Shown here: positions 33,444-46,121 of the stretch, one piece after another
Numbering within the stretch: position 1 is the stretch's first letter
Layout of the letters: the number at the start of each line of letters is the position of its first letter
Assembly (NCBI GenBank): GCA_012295275.1
Contig: CM022665.1
Span: 24,738,001 to 24,802,000, forward strand
Length of the DNA stretch: 64,000 nucleotides
Source: Chrysomallon squamiferum
Taxonomy: Eukaryota; Animalia; Mollusca
Reading direction: 5' to 3'
Program-made: the position numbers and the translations under genes
The notes under the pieces: generated by a model
Told to the model about the DNA's origin: nothing
The model's input: only the letters and a program-made list of their open reading frames with translations
Databases searched by the model: none

Positions 33444-34083
33444 TTCTAAAAAATAAACAAAATAAAATAAAGTATTTTTTATAAAACGTTTTAAACATTT
33501 GTCATTAAAATTTCTAAAACAGTTCTTTACTTTCATATCACACTATGTTATAAATGAAGGTATTTATAGTGTTTTATCTTGTTTTATCTTGTTTGTTCTG
33601 AATGTTTTATATTTACGAGTGTTTTATCTTGTTTGTTCTGAATGTTTTATATTTACGAGTGTTTTATCTTGTTTGTTCTGAATGTTTTATATTTACGAGT
33701 GTTTTATCTTGTTTGTTCTGAATGTTTTATATTTATGAGAATTATTATATTTAAGCGAGAGTCTGTGTTTATCTCTTCATTTGAAATTTTAAATAAATAT
33801 GTTGCTCACATTTGCCATATCCGAATCCGTATTCGTGCATTCCCATCATTCCGTGTCCGTATCCTCCATAACCTCCGTACATCATTGGGTATCCAGCGTA
33901 GATCATTGGGTATCCTCCCATCATGCCGTATCCTCCCATCATTGGGTATCCTCCCATCATGCCGTATCCTCCCATCATACCGTATCCTCCCATCATACCG
34001 TATCCTCCCATCATACCATGTCCAATACCAGCAGAGGCAATGGCAAAACAGGTGACAAGTGCGATAAGGACAGCCTTCATCAT
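33444..34083 (-). CDS. Secreted Gly/Met/Tyr-rich peptide, copy 1 (91 aa, 6 hexapeptide units); CDS 34083-33810 + 33445-33444; non-coding exon 1 ends at 34436
   Basis: Signal peptide MMKAVLIALVTCFAIASA followed by (G/P)MMGGY repeats. Acceptor at 34092, donor T|GTGAGC at 33810, and acceptor tttttag|AA at 33445 completing TAA. A TATA box lies upstream. Confidence 0.88.
33570..33738. repeat. 40-bp minisatellite (about 4 units) in intron 2 of peptide gene copy 1
   Basis: Unit gagtgttttatcttgtttgttctgaatgttttatatttac. Confidence 0.9.
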
Positions 34084-34507
34084 GTTGAAAATCTGAAATA
34101 AATTTAGTGTCTGTAGAAACATTTAGCAGAGCCACATTATTACTTGGTTCTGAAATAATAAATGTATTTTATTTATTTATGTATTTAAATAAATCACTGT
34201 GATATTTTGGTTTATTTGTAAGTCTATTTTTCTTATTTATATTGCAATGGCATAATTAGTATTTTGTTGATAAATACATCTGGTTGCACCTAATAATATA
34301 AGATAAACTAATATTTAAAAAAAAAAAAAAAAAAAAAAAAACAAACAAAAAAAACAACAACAAATAAACAACAAAAACAAACAAATAAACAAACAAAACA
34401 ATTCTGTGCGTAGAACCTAATATTAAACTACTCACCTTGTAATTGTAGAGGTATTTGTTTAGGACCGCTAAAGAGAAAATGATACCATTTCACTTTTGAT
34501 TTAAGTC

Positions 34508-34514
34508 TTATATA
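34508..34514 (-). promoter_or_regulatory. TATA box of peptide gene copy 1
   Basis: agTATATAAg sits at the same position relative to exon 1 and its GTGAGT donor as in copies 2 and 3. Confidence 0.75.
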
Positions 34515-35120
34515 CTAAACAGTTTAGTAACGTCTTTCAATTTCCTCTACAGTTTATAATAAGATTGATCACTTCTGTTTGATGATTATACCTTGATATA
34601 ACAGAAGGCAAATGAAAATTAATGTATTGGTTCTATCACTTTCCAGAGATGTTTGATACCAATATCATTTAGTTAATTCTTATTTATACTATTAGTAGCA
34701 ATAATTATAACAACAGTTGTAGTAGCTGTGGTCGTTGTGGTTCTATTAGTAGCAGTTGTTGTAGTAGTACCGTTAGTAGTGTCAGTTCTAGTATTATATG
34801 TAGCAGTGGTCGCAATAGCTGTGGTATCAGAAGCTTCAGTCGTAGTAGTTGTAGTAGTAGTGGTCGCAGTATGCATTCTCGATAGTTATTGTCTAATTTA
34901 TGCACTGATATAAACAATATTTGTTTTATGACTGTTTTCCGTATAATAGTAATAGTAATAATAAAAATTTAAAAACTAAAAATAAATAAATAAAGAAATA
35001 AAATGTGTAGTTTTGTTTAATCCCTTGATAAACATCTTCAAAATGACTGTAATTACCATGATCACTTTATTGTCATTTTTTGTGCAATCGCTCAGTTAAT
35101 TCTTCAGTCATCTCTATTTG

Positions 35121-35185
<65 letters not shown>
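35121..35185. repeat. (ATT)n microsatellite
   Basis: Directly visible. Confidence 0.95.
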
Positions 35186-35189
<4 letters not shown>

Positions 35190-37902
35190 TTTAAAATATT
35201 TAATCGGTAGTTACATATCTTATATCACCGCTATCAAATGTTATTAAAATAAAGAAATAACAATCCAGTGACTGTTATCACTACAGAAATAATTATTAAA
35301 TAATAGCTAACGAGAAACGTATGCATGTGTACGTCTGTGCATTTTGAGTTAACGTGCACATGCGGTCGTGTGGTACTGTATATCTCTAGAGCAGTTTAAA
35401 GTCAGAGACTGTACTAATGACAAAACACAGCTGGACAGATCTCTGATGGAGTTATGCACACAACAAATTACTGTCATTGGTATTTCGAACATATTTAGCT
35501 GGTGTTCTCTCAGAAGAGAGATAGAGACGTCTCAGAAGACAGTCGGCAACACACAGCACAAGACATGGTTCAACACATTGCTATGCCAATTACCTACCGT
35601 TTGCGTAGGATGATATACACCGGCATGGTAAATAACGGAACAGTCGTATACAGTTAACTAAAGAAATTTAGAGTTGGGAAACAGTAAATGAAATCATGTT
35701 GTTATGTCTACTCCGATGACAATGAAATTGCTTGGTTCTTTATTTAGAATATTATTAGCGATGTAAAAGCAAATCATGACTACTAATTTCAAATTGATTT
35801 TTACCTGAATGGTTTTCAATAGGTAAGAACTAATACATGTAATGAGAGAGCTATAAAATCATTATAAAATGTAAATAATGTTACTGAAATAGGTGGCCAA
35901 AGAAGTGATTTTCAAACATGCTTTACGCCGTTTTTGAAGCGGTTTAAGTCTTGAGCTCAGTTAGTCACAGTGGCTGTTATTTTTATTTTCTTCTTAGCAT
36001 GCCGAGTATGCTTGTAAAAACAGTTAAATTTAAATAATTTATTTTGTGCTGCAGTTTATTTATTTTTAGTTCAGCATCACAGAAAAATATGTATGCAGCT
36101 ACTGAATTAAAATATTTGTAAACATATCAGCAGGTTGTTAGGCTTTTATCTCTATTTTATTTCTATTAAAATGCAAATTTTTAAGGAACTTTTCTAAGGA
36201 AAACGGAAAACTTATTAAATTATATAAATTATTATTCTGGATTTTTAAGGAGCGAGTGATGGTTTAATGGTAAAAACGCTGGAGAAAAAGTTGATGATAC
36301 GTATGATCAGTCCTTTTTGGTAGCGAACTGGATTTTCTCCAATTTCCGACAGGGCTCCTTGAATGCTTGATAAAAAAATCTTTTTGGTGTTAATATTGAA
36401 ACCATGCACTTAAAATTATATCCACGTTATTTATATAGTATAATAAAGTGATTTGTAAAAAATGGAAAACTTGTCATTGTATGAATGTAATACCTGGAAT
36501 AATTAAAACATCTGAATAGGTGAATAACTGACACAAGCCGTTATATTTGTATCAGAGGAAACACTGCAGGAAGTAAAACATTTTTTAATATTACAGTAAC
36601 AACGCCACTGTTTGTACTGACAGTCAATGCTGTTAAGTCATGCTGATGATATGGGTCTGAAACCAATACGTGAATATACCTCTATTCTATTCAATACACA
36701 CGCATACACCCGCACACACACACAGTGTTAGCAAATGTTTCATTGTTACATCACTTTGTTTTGGGAAACAGATGACTAGAGATAATGCAAGACTAAAAGA
36801 GATAGTGAAAGAGAGACTGAAACAGTGACAGACAGAGAGACAGAGAGACTAAGACACAGAGAAAGAAGGAGAAAAACACACACGGATATACAGAACTGTT
36901 GTTGAGGAGGCAAAATGGGTCTAATAACTGAAATATCATCAGTCAAGTAACTAACTTTAAAAAGAATCAGCATCAAACATCTTCTCGCTGTGACGCTAGA
37001 GATTAAGTTCAGGACTCAACAAACTATAAATTAAAATATTTGCAATGTAATAATGTAATTTGTAATTATATATCTACATTTTGAACAGGCCTCCGGCTCA
37101 GCAAATTTATTTTTTAGTTTGATATTTTTCATACCTTTGTCTCTGTCGCTAATAAAAAAAACACCTAATTAAATATGTAAAAACGAAAGACAGACAGAGA
37201 AACACTTGGACGGACATCTAGGCACAACTAGAATGTGCACTGTAATTTAGTGATATTGTATCTGTTTTAGCTGTTGTTCAAATCCAGTACATTTTAGAAC
37301 TAATAGTATATTATTTATGTAAATAGAAAAGAACCAAAACTATAAATAGTAAGCAAAAAAGTTCAGAAATGATCGAAAGTATCAGTCATTAGAAAATCCC
37401 TAAACTTATAACTATTGAGGTAAACAAAACTTTACCTTTAACATAAATATATTCTTCAATCAATGTATGTAGCTGAACAATGCAGCGTCACTGAGAAGCA
37501 AAGGCTTTCTTCATCAAATCCCGTGTACGTCTGTTGGACTCCACATTTTTGAAAGTCAATGGTACGTTCACCTGTGCTTTCGGCAAAGTGTTTATAATGC
37601 TATAAGGTAAAAGGAAGCTGTTCTGTTAGGAAAACTGTTTAGTCTCTCATTACTCTACAAAATCGCGTGTCACAAAGATATATGTTTACTTATTTGTTAC
37701 AAAATACAGGTACAACGTGTGCGTTTTTAAGCCTGCATTTAAGTATTACGACTGCTCTTGCCAGTGCTGGAAAATCAAAGAGCACTTGTATCATTACATT
37801 AGTAAATTACGACATTAGTCCAGAATCGTTAAAACGTGTACAGATGATCGATCGTGCGAAAACCTAAACAGGAAGCTGAATGATATTACAAAATCTCTTC
37901 AG

Positions 37903-37909
37903 TATATAA
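37903..37909 (+). promoter_or_regulatory. TATA box of peptide gene copy 2
   Basis: TATATAA lies about 70 nt before the exon 1 donor CAG|GTGAGT at 37977 and is conserved in all three copies. Confidence 0.78.
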
Positions 37910-38403
37910 GCAACAGGTTAAAAGTGAAAAGATACCACTCTCACACTTGCATTCCTGAAAGCCTCTACAAACATCAGGTGAGTGTTTAGTATTAGACTCT
38001 GAATTGTTCTATTCTTTACGTTTATTTATTTTTATTTTGTTTTGTTCTTTTTATCTTCTTTCATCCACCAGATGAATTTATCAACAAAATACTGTTAATG
38101 ACATAGATTAGTAATATCATTAAAACAAATAGACATGGTTATTCAAGAGAAAACAGAAGTAAATTATCATTTTTAAAAATCAAACATGAAAAATAATGCA
38201 CTGAATATTTCCAGTAAGCAAATTTGTAGTAAAATAATAGTGGTACCAAATAAAACTTAATCAGTAAATAAAATAGCAATAATTAAAGTTGTACATGCAT
38301 AAATAAAATAAAATACATTTATTATTTGATAAATATTGCTGTTCTGTGCTAATTTTCAGATAAAATGTTTCTACGGACACTAAATTTATTTCAGATTTTC
38401 AAC

Positions 38404-39179
38404 ATGATGAAGGCTGTCCTTATCGCACTTGTCGCCTGTTTTGCCATTGCCTCTGCTGGTATTGGACATGGTATGATGGGAGGATACGGTATGATGGGAG
38501 GATACGGTATGATGGGAGGATACGGCATGATGGGAGGATACCCAATGATCTATGCTGGATACCCAATGATGTACGGAGGTTATGGAGGATACGGACACGG
38601 AATGATGGGAATGCACGGATACGGATTCGGATATGGCAAATGTGAGTAACATATTTATTTAAAATGTTGGATCAAATGAAGAGATAAACACAGACTCTCG
38701 CTTATATATAATAATTCTCATAAATATAAAACATTCAGAACAAACAAGATATAACACACATAAATATAAAACATTCAGAACAAACAAGATAAAACACTAT
38801 AAATATAAAACATTCAGAACAAACAAGATAAAACACTATAAATATAAAACATTCAGAACAAACAAGATAAAACACTATAAATATAAAACATTTAGAACAA
38901 GCAAAATTACTTTAAGTAAATAACATTTGTCTTGATCTGTGAGTGTGGTAGAATTAACTTGATTGTGAAATGTCAACTGCAAGACAAGAAAAGAAAACAA
39001 ACTAGGAAAACACGACTGGATAGCAAATACCTTCATTTATAACATAGTGTGATATGAACGTAAAGAACTGTTTTAGAAATTTTAATGACAAATGTTTAAA
39101 ACTTTTTATAAATTTTAATGACAAATGTTTAAAACATTTTATAAAAAATATTTTATTTTATATTGTTTATTTTTTAGAA
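38404..39179 (+). CDS. Secreted Gly/Met/Tyr-rich peptide, copy 2 (79 aa, 4 GMMGGY units); CDS 38404-38641 + 39178-39179; non-coding exon 1 ends at 37977
   Basis: Signal peptide MMKAVLIALVACFAIASA and an 18-nt coding repeat. Acceptor tttatttcag at 38394, donor T|GTGAGT at 38642, acceptor tttttag|AA at 39178, AATAAA at 39279. Confidence 0.9.
38718..38900. repeat. 39/40-bp minisatellite (about 4.5 units) in intron 2 of copy 2
   Basis: Unit ataaatataaaacattcagaacaaacaagataaaacact. Confidence 0.9.
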
Positions 39180-39278
39180 CTTTGGATTCCAAACTGAAAT
39201 GAATGTATCTGTGGAAGTGACAACAAACAGCTTATGAACATCGCTGTGTCATAGATTGTTAAATCTTGCATATAAAAA

Positions 39279-39284
39279 AATAAA
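39279..39284 (+). terminator. Polyadenylation signal of peptide gene copy 2
   Basis: AATAAA about 100 nt into exon 3; the equivalent site is retained in copies 1 and 3. Confidence 0.65.
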
Positions 39285-40066
39285 CTGTTACATTAACCAA
39301 TAATGTGTTAATAGTTTTTTTAATTATTTATAATCCTCTGGATACTTTCTAACTCCTGTACAGATTTTATGAAAACAAATAAAATAATAATGAATAGAAT
39401 CTTTCAGCAGAGTCAGATCAAATGATAAACAAAATACATTTCAATTACATATTTTGATAACAATGTATCTGGCTTATTTTTATTAGAGTTAATCCTGATA
39501 TAAGAATTACGAATATGACATACTGTTAAATATCACTGTAAACTGTGCATTCGTCTGCTGTTGGTAAATATATTTCAGAGAGGCCCCCCCCCAAAAAAAA
39601 AACACCGACAATAACAAGAAGTAATATTTGTTTCTCAAAAATATTTAAAATTCTTTATAGACCTCTAATATATAATGTTAGCAATGTGAAAAGAAGAAAG
39701 CCTTAAGTAACTTAAAGCATATAAACTGAGATAATAAGTATAAAAATAATGAATATCGACGGTCACTCAACGTTTTTAGGGAACATACAAAACATAGATT
39801 TGACCATGTATTCTATTTACTATGTTGATACTGAAAGGTGAGATTCTTTCAAAATCTTCATGAATAACCTCAGGAAGAACCAGAGTTTAAAGTTTCATAA
39901 TAAAGCCTTTTCTTCCGTATAATAATGGTTTTGAAACTTTGAAGAATCAGCTGATGATTTGCAGATAGAAAATAAAGTAATCGTCTTAAAGATGCTATTT
40001 GTTAAGAAGATGAAAAAATTAAGTGCGTTTCCTTAGAGATCTGTCTCGTGTGTACCGAAATATAAT

Positions 40067-40314
40067 CATGGCCGTAACTACATTGAGGCAAATTAGGCAA
40101 CTGCCTCATACCGATTTTGGAAGATTTAAAAAAAAAAAAAAAAATTAAATAAAATTTATACACAGACTTTATTTTAAAAAAATCTATATAAATGGCAAGA
40201 ATCGAGGATGTTGCGTCTTTCAAGTATCACCTCTCGCACGAATGTTTTGGCCCCAATCCACTCGGCGGTTAGGTGTTTTTGTTTCGTTTCAAAAAGAGCG
40301 TAGTTACGGCTATG
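40067..40314. mobile_element. 248-bp MITE with 15-bp terminal inverted repeats (hAT-like)
   Basis: CATGGCCGTAACTAC ... GTAGTTACGGCTATG (14/15 match). A second copy lies at 19233-19458. Confidence 0.75.
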
Positions 40315-41024
40315 GTAACACTCAGTTACAGTAAATATGTTACAGTTGAAAATAAAAATAAAAACAACAACAACAACAACGTCAAACAAAACAACACAAT
40401 AAAACAGTCAACAACAACAATAACAACAGCAGCAACAAGTAAATGAGTAACATAAATATATATGTAATATATTATGATTTTCAGTTTTAATCGTAGACAA
40501 TTTTGGTTACAGCTTTTTGGCCTGTCTGGAGAAGATATTTCAGCTTTTTCGATGCAACAATAATAAAAACAGCCAGATATAGTTTAACAGCAAAAACAAC
40601 AAGATACAGCACGAACCCAGGACACAATATAATCAGTCCAGAATTGATGTCTCTAATATTTAAAATATATTTACAAATAACAGAAGAATGCATGAATGCA
40701 CAATTAGGAGGCTTAAAGTGACAATTAACAATACCTCATATGTGTAATTCGTATATCATTATTAACTGTAATACAAAAAGCTACAAGGATCACTGACACA
40801 TTGTCAACAAAATATATAATTGAAGTATATTACACATTTTGTTCATTAATTCAACAACCAATACGTCGTCCCCGATTTACGATTGTTATACGATGTGTCG
40901 TCAGCTATATTGTATTACTTACCAAGTTTGTATCTCTTTTCTAATATTACCATAAACAACGACAACGTTCGTATATACTAACTGAAGCATATATACATAC
41001 ATACATACATACAGAGAAAGAGAG

Positions 41025-41133
<109 letters not shown>

Positions 41134-41843
41134 ATAAACGTCATGTTGTTGTATTTCATTTTCTGCTGAAAACAAAGTGCTTCTGTTCCCAGAGGTTGTA
41201 CGTCTGAAAGTAATGAATGTTTAAAACATTTCTTCTATTATTCTACAGGTACAAGACCATTTATCAGACAACATGAGAACTTGAGGTTAGCCAGATTTCT
41301 TTTATTTCCGGATTTGTTGATCAAAACGTAACATATATACTAAAGATATAAAATAAACATTGAAATCTAAAGAAAGATATCATATTTAAAAATACAAATG
41401 AATACACTTCAAAAACCGCTTCATTTTTCTATATTTACAATACGTCATGTGTGTAATTTTTATATCACCATTAACTCTAATAAAAATAAGCCTCATACAT
41501 TGTCATATAAATGAAATAAATTATATATTTTGTTTCTCATTTGATTTCATTCAGTTGAAAGAATCTACTCTTTGTTATTTTATAATTTCCAAACAATCTG
41601 TAAAGGAGTACGTGACTTATTCTGTTATTATTTGTTTCGTTTTAAACTTTGATTTCTGTGGTTTGAATTAGAAAGTATCCAGAGGATTACAAATAATAAA
41701 AATAAACTATTAACACATTATTGGTTAATGTAACAGTTTATTTTTTTATATGCAAGATTTAACAATCTTTAAAACATAACGATGTGGATAAACTGTTTGT
41801 TGTCACTTCCACAGATATATTCATTTCAGTTTGGAATCCAAAG

Positions 41844-42772
41844 TTCTAAAAAATAAACAAAATAAAATAAAATATTTTTTATAAAATGTTTTAAACATTT
41901 GCCATTAAAATTTATAAAACAGTTCTTTACTTTCATATCACACTATGTTATAAATGAAGGTATTTGCTATCCAGTCGTGTTTTCCTAGTTTGTTTTGTTT
42001 TCACATTTGACTTGCAGCTGACATTTCACGATCAAGTTAATTCTACCACACTCACAGATCAAGACAAATGTTATTTACTTAAAGTAATTTTGCTTGTTCT
42101 GAATATTTTATATTTATGAGTGTTTTATCTTGTTTGTTCAGAATGTTTTATATTTATGTGTGTTTCATCTTGTTTATTTTGAATGTTTTATATTTATGAG
42201 AGTTTTATCTTGTTTGTTCTGAATGTTTTATATTTACGAGTGTTTTATCTTGTTTGTTCTGAATGTTTTATATTTACGAGTGTTTTATCTTGTTTGTTCT
42301 GAATGTTTTATATTTACGAGTGTTTTATCTTGTTTGTTCTGAATGTTTTATATTTACGAGAGTTTTATCTTGTTTGTTCTGAATGTTTTATATTTATGAG
42401 ACTTTTATCTTGTTTGTTCTGAATGTTTTTTAATTTATGAGAATTATTATATTTAAGCGAGAGTCTATATTTATCTCTTCATTTGATTCAACATTTTAAA
42501 TAAATATGTTACTCACATTTGCCGTATCCGAATCCGTATCCGTGCATTCCCATCATTCCGTGTCCGTATCCTCCATAACCTCCGTACATCATTGGGTATC
42601 CAGCGTAGATCATTGGGTATCCTCCCATCATGCCGTATCCTCCCATCATGCCGTATCCTCCCATCATACCGTATCCTCCCATCATACCGTATCCTCCCAT
42701 CATACCATGTCCAATACCAGCAGAGGCAATGGCAAAACAGGCGACAAGTGCGATAAGGACAGCCTTCATCAT
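41844..42772 (-). CDS. Secreted Gly/Met/Tyr-rich peptide, copy 3 (85 aa, 5 GMMGGY units); CDS 42772-42517 + 41845-41844; non-coding exon 1 ends at 43185
   Basis: Same architecture as copy 2 in inverted orientation: donor T|GTGAGT at 42517 and acceptor tttttag|AA at 41845. Confidence 0.9.
42093..42441. repeat. 40-bp minisatellite (about 8-9 units) in intron 2 of copy 3
   Basis: Period of 40 clearly visible (tgttttatcttgtttgttctgaatgttttatatttacgag). Confidence 0.92.
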
Positions 42773-43252
42773 GTTGAAAATCTGAAATAAATTTAGTGTC
42801 TGTAGAAACATTTAGCTGAAAATTAGCAATATTTATCAAATAATAAATCTATTTTATTTATGCATGTACAATTTTAATTATTGCTATTTTATTTACTGAT
42901 TGAATTTTATTTGGTTCCACTATTACTTTATTGCACGTATATTTCTACGAATTTATTAACTGAAAATATTCAGTGTTTTAAGTTTTCATGTTTGATTTTT
43001 AAAAATGATAATTTACTTCTGTTTTGTCTTGAATAACCATGACTATTTGTTTTACTGATATTACTAATCTATTTCATTGATAAATTCTACTGGTGGATGA
43101 AAGAAGATAAAAAGAACAAAACAAAATAAAAAATAAATAAACGTAAAGAATAGAAAAATTCAGAGTCTAATACTAAACACTCACCTGATGTTTGTAGAGG
43201 CTTTCAGGAATGCAAGTGTGAGAGTGGTATCTTCTCACTTTTAATCTGTTGC

Positions 43253-43259
43253 TTATATA
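43253..43259 (-). promoter_or_regulatory. TATA box of peptide gene copy 3
   Basis: Same context as copy 2. Confidence 0.78.
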
Positions 43260-45040
43260 CTGAAGAGATTTCGTAATATCATTCAGCTTCCTGTTCAGGT
43301 TTTCGCACGATCGATCATCTGTACTCGTTTTAACGATTCTGGACTAATGTCGTAATTTACTAATGTAATGATACAAGTGCTCTTTGATTTTCCAGCACTG
43401 GCAAGAGCAGTCGTAATACTTAAATGCAGGCTTAAAAACGCACACGTTGTACCTGTATTTTGTAACAAATAAGTAAACATATATCTTTGTGTCACGCGAT
43501 TTTGTAGAGTAATGAGAGACTAAACAGTTTTCCTAACAGAACAGCTTCCTTTTATCTTATAGCATTATAAACACTTTGCCGAAAGCACAGGTGAACGTAC
43601 CATTGACTTTCAAAAATGTGGAGTCCAACAGACGTACACGGGATTTGATGAAGAAAGCCTTTGCTTCTCAGTGACGCTGCATTGTCAAGCTACATACATT
43701 GACTGAAGAATATATTTATGTTAAAGCTTAAGTCTCGTTCCTCTTATTTGAATAATTGCTTCTGATACAAGGTTAACTTTAGTGCGTTTTTTCATAATGA
43801 CTGTTACGTATATTTTTGAAAATATACTTGTTATCTTTCTTCAGTCCGTTATATATTTTCTTTTACTTTTTTTTTTGTTTACTATTTATTATTTTTCTTC
43901 TTTTTATCAGTTAAGGAATTTATGACACTTGAGATGTATAAAAATATCATATTTCAATGCTGGATAAATAATAATAATAATAAGAATATTTGGATTCCTA
44001 CAGAATCGTATCAAATGAGGAATTTCACTGAATTACTACATACATTACAAGTTATGAGGAACTTTGACTCTCTCTTTCTTCTTTACGTATTTAATTATGT
44101 GTCTATTTTATTAGCTCCTTAAAAATCCACAGTAATAATTTATAAAATTAAATAAGTTTTCCTTTAATGTTGATGGGTCTCCAAATTGCTTACAGAGTCT
44201 TGAAATAAAGTGCTGAATCGTCAACCATCAAAGATATTTTATTTTATTTTATTTATTTATTTTTTTGTAAGCTGTGCTTTAGGTATTAATACCTGATGAC
44301 ATACAACTCATTCAGTTTCACGTTTTCTTCTTTTTCTTCGTTCGTTCGTTCGTTCGTTTGTTTGTTTTTAATGAACTCATTTCATTTATATACATTTTTC
44401 TATTGTATTTTGTTTTGTTTTATTATATTTTATTTTATGTTGTTTCAGTATGTTGAAAAATCCTATACGGACTGAGGATACGGCACATTACAGTAATTTT
44501 TTTAACCTCGCTTGACTTAACATCATAACATTAAGGATTTAAAACCAAATGTTTTTACGAAAAAAGACATATCGTGGGTTTCTAGAGAAATATAACATAA
44601 TAAGACAGCATTCCAAGAGAAATGATTTTAACTGAATAACATGTAAGTTTATAAGAGATATATGAGCATCCTGCTGAATCAGTATTAAAAAGAATGCATA
44701 ATCTGTGTTTTAAAAATGTCTAAATTAGCTCGAACAGAAAACACAAATATACAATATAATTAATTTGTCACAGTGACAAAATTCCATTCACAGTTAATTT
44801 TGTCTGCACTGCTGTTAGTGAAACTTTTCATATTTAGGTTTCAGTAGCTGTTGTAGATTATAGTTCTGTCTTTATTTCAGTCTCTCTTTCTCTCCATATC
44901 TCTCTCCCATTATGTTGTTTCTGAATGGATAAAAAAATACCCCGATACATACATAAAAATACGACTTAAAAAGTTTATGCATTAAGTTCCTTAAATTGTA
45001 CGCTTGCATGCACAGATTGTCACAAATTACGTAATCGCTT

Positions 45041-45256
45041 TTGATTTTTAATACAGTAAAAGTACAGGAGACATTTCTGTGTGGAACAGCCGGATGGACA
45101 TTATTGAATACTGCTAGGAGTACATCATCTAAACTCAGACTGAGACTTTTCAGACTGTACAGAAAAAAGTTCTTTGAAATTTCACCAATACTGATTAAAA
45201 AGGAACCAGGATTAAAAAGTGAAAATAAAGAGTTTGAAATCTGGATTAAAAACTGA
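45041..45256 (+). mobile_element. Possible decayed RTE-type LINE fragment (region C-terminal to the RT)
   Basis: IFNTVKVQETFLCGTAGWTL...STSSKL resembles the IFNTNV..LLYG.E.W....KL motif of RTE ORFs. No splice or start context. Confidence 0.33.
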
Positions 45257-45648
45257 CAAGGATGCATAACTAAAATAATAATAATAAAAAAGCTAAAACG
45301 AAACATCAGAAATAAAATAAAATACAATAAAATACAATAAAATAAAATAAATAAAAAAATTTTTAAATAATAATAATAATAATAACAAAAACAAACAACC
45401 CCCCACCAAAACAACACACTCACACAAAAGAAAACAAGAAATAACAACAACAAACAAACATTGAATTATTTTTCCTTTACACCAGACAGTCAATATCTTA
45501 ACCGATAAACATGTATTTATATAAGTCTTTTTGTGTATAGATATTTCACTCTTCATGCTACATTTCTGCTTGTTTTCGTCTATGGGTTACTGTGTTATAA
45601 TTATATCAAATAATATAGAGAATGGGGTAGAGAAAAAAAAATTATTTA

Positions 45649-45655
<7 letters not shown>

Positions 45656-45718
<63 letters not shown>
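45656..45718. repeat. (GA)n microsatellite
   Basis: Directly visible. Confidence 0.95.
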
Positions 45719-45725
<7 letters not shown>

Positions 45726-46121
45726 AGAAATAGACTGTGTATATCAAGTGTTTGTTAGTATTACAAGCGCATTGCCAACTTTAACTTAATTTCGACAAAA
45801 ACACACTGTATGTGTATCATCCACAGAAACAAACAAAAAACAACAACAACAAACAAACAAAAACAAAACAAAACAAATCAAAAAAAAAAAAGGGGAAAGA
45901 AAATCGAACTGTCTAAGCAATAACATACATTATTGCGTTTTTAAACTATCATCCGATGAATATCATCAGTTAAAATGCTAAAGGCGAAGAACAATTATCA
46001 TTTTTGTTCAGATAATTGGAATCTTAGCTAAGAAATCTGAAAGCTCCAGTAAGTCTGATTCAACAGTTGTTGTTTTAATGTACAATCTTGATGTCTTTCT
46101 GGATAATTATTCTTGCTAAGT

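Noticed and set aside
33799-34135. Antisense His/Ser-rich ORFs (VSSHH repeats) and alternate-frame YDGRIR ORFs over the peptide genes, also at 38386-38652 and 42506-42839
   Set aside because: Shadow frames of an 18-nt stop-free coding repeat. Only the GMMGGY frame has a signal peptide, splice sites, TATA box and poly(A) signal.
34673-34917. Thr-rich and Val-rich ORFs, and similar poly-F/I/N/H/CV/LS ORFs elsewhere such as 53706-54057, 56202-56486 and 61037-61449
   Set aside because: Translations of microsatellites or low-complexity DNA with no splice or domain support.
35368-35613. 81-aa ORF in a GC-richer patch between peptide copies 1 and 2
   Set aside because: No recognisable motif, non-ATG start and no convincing splice sites.
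37667-37867. Duplicated 66-aa ORF, also at 43295-43495
   Set aside because: It lies upstream of the TATA box inside the inverted duplication and starts at a non-ATG codon. Its conservation reflects the duplication, not coding constraint.
38365-38403. ORF-track N-terminal extension MFLRTLNLFQIFN and the ...GKCE C-terminus
   Set aside because: The extension is mostly intron 1 (acceptor at 38394), and CE derives from the intron-2 donor.
42093-42441. Regularly spaced repeats superficially like a CRISPR array
   Set aside because: Head-to-tail units with no unique spacers, inside a eukaryotic intron, with no cas genes.
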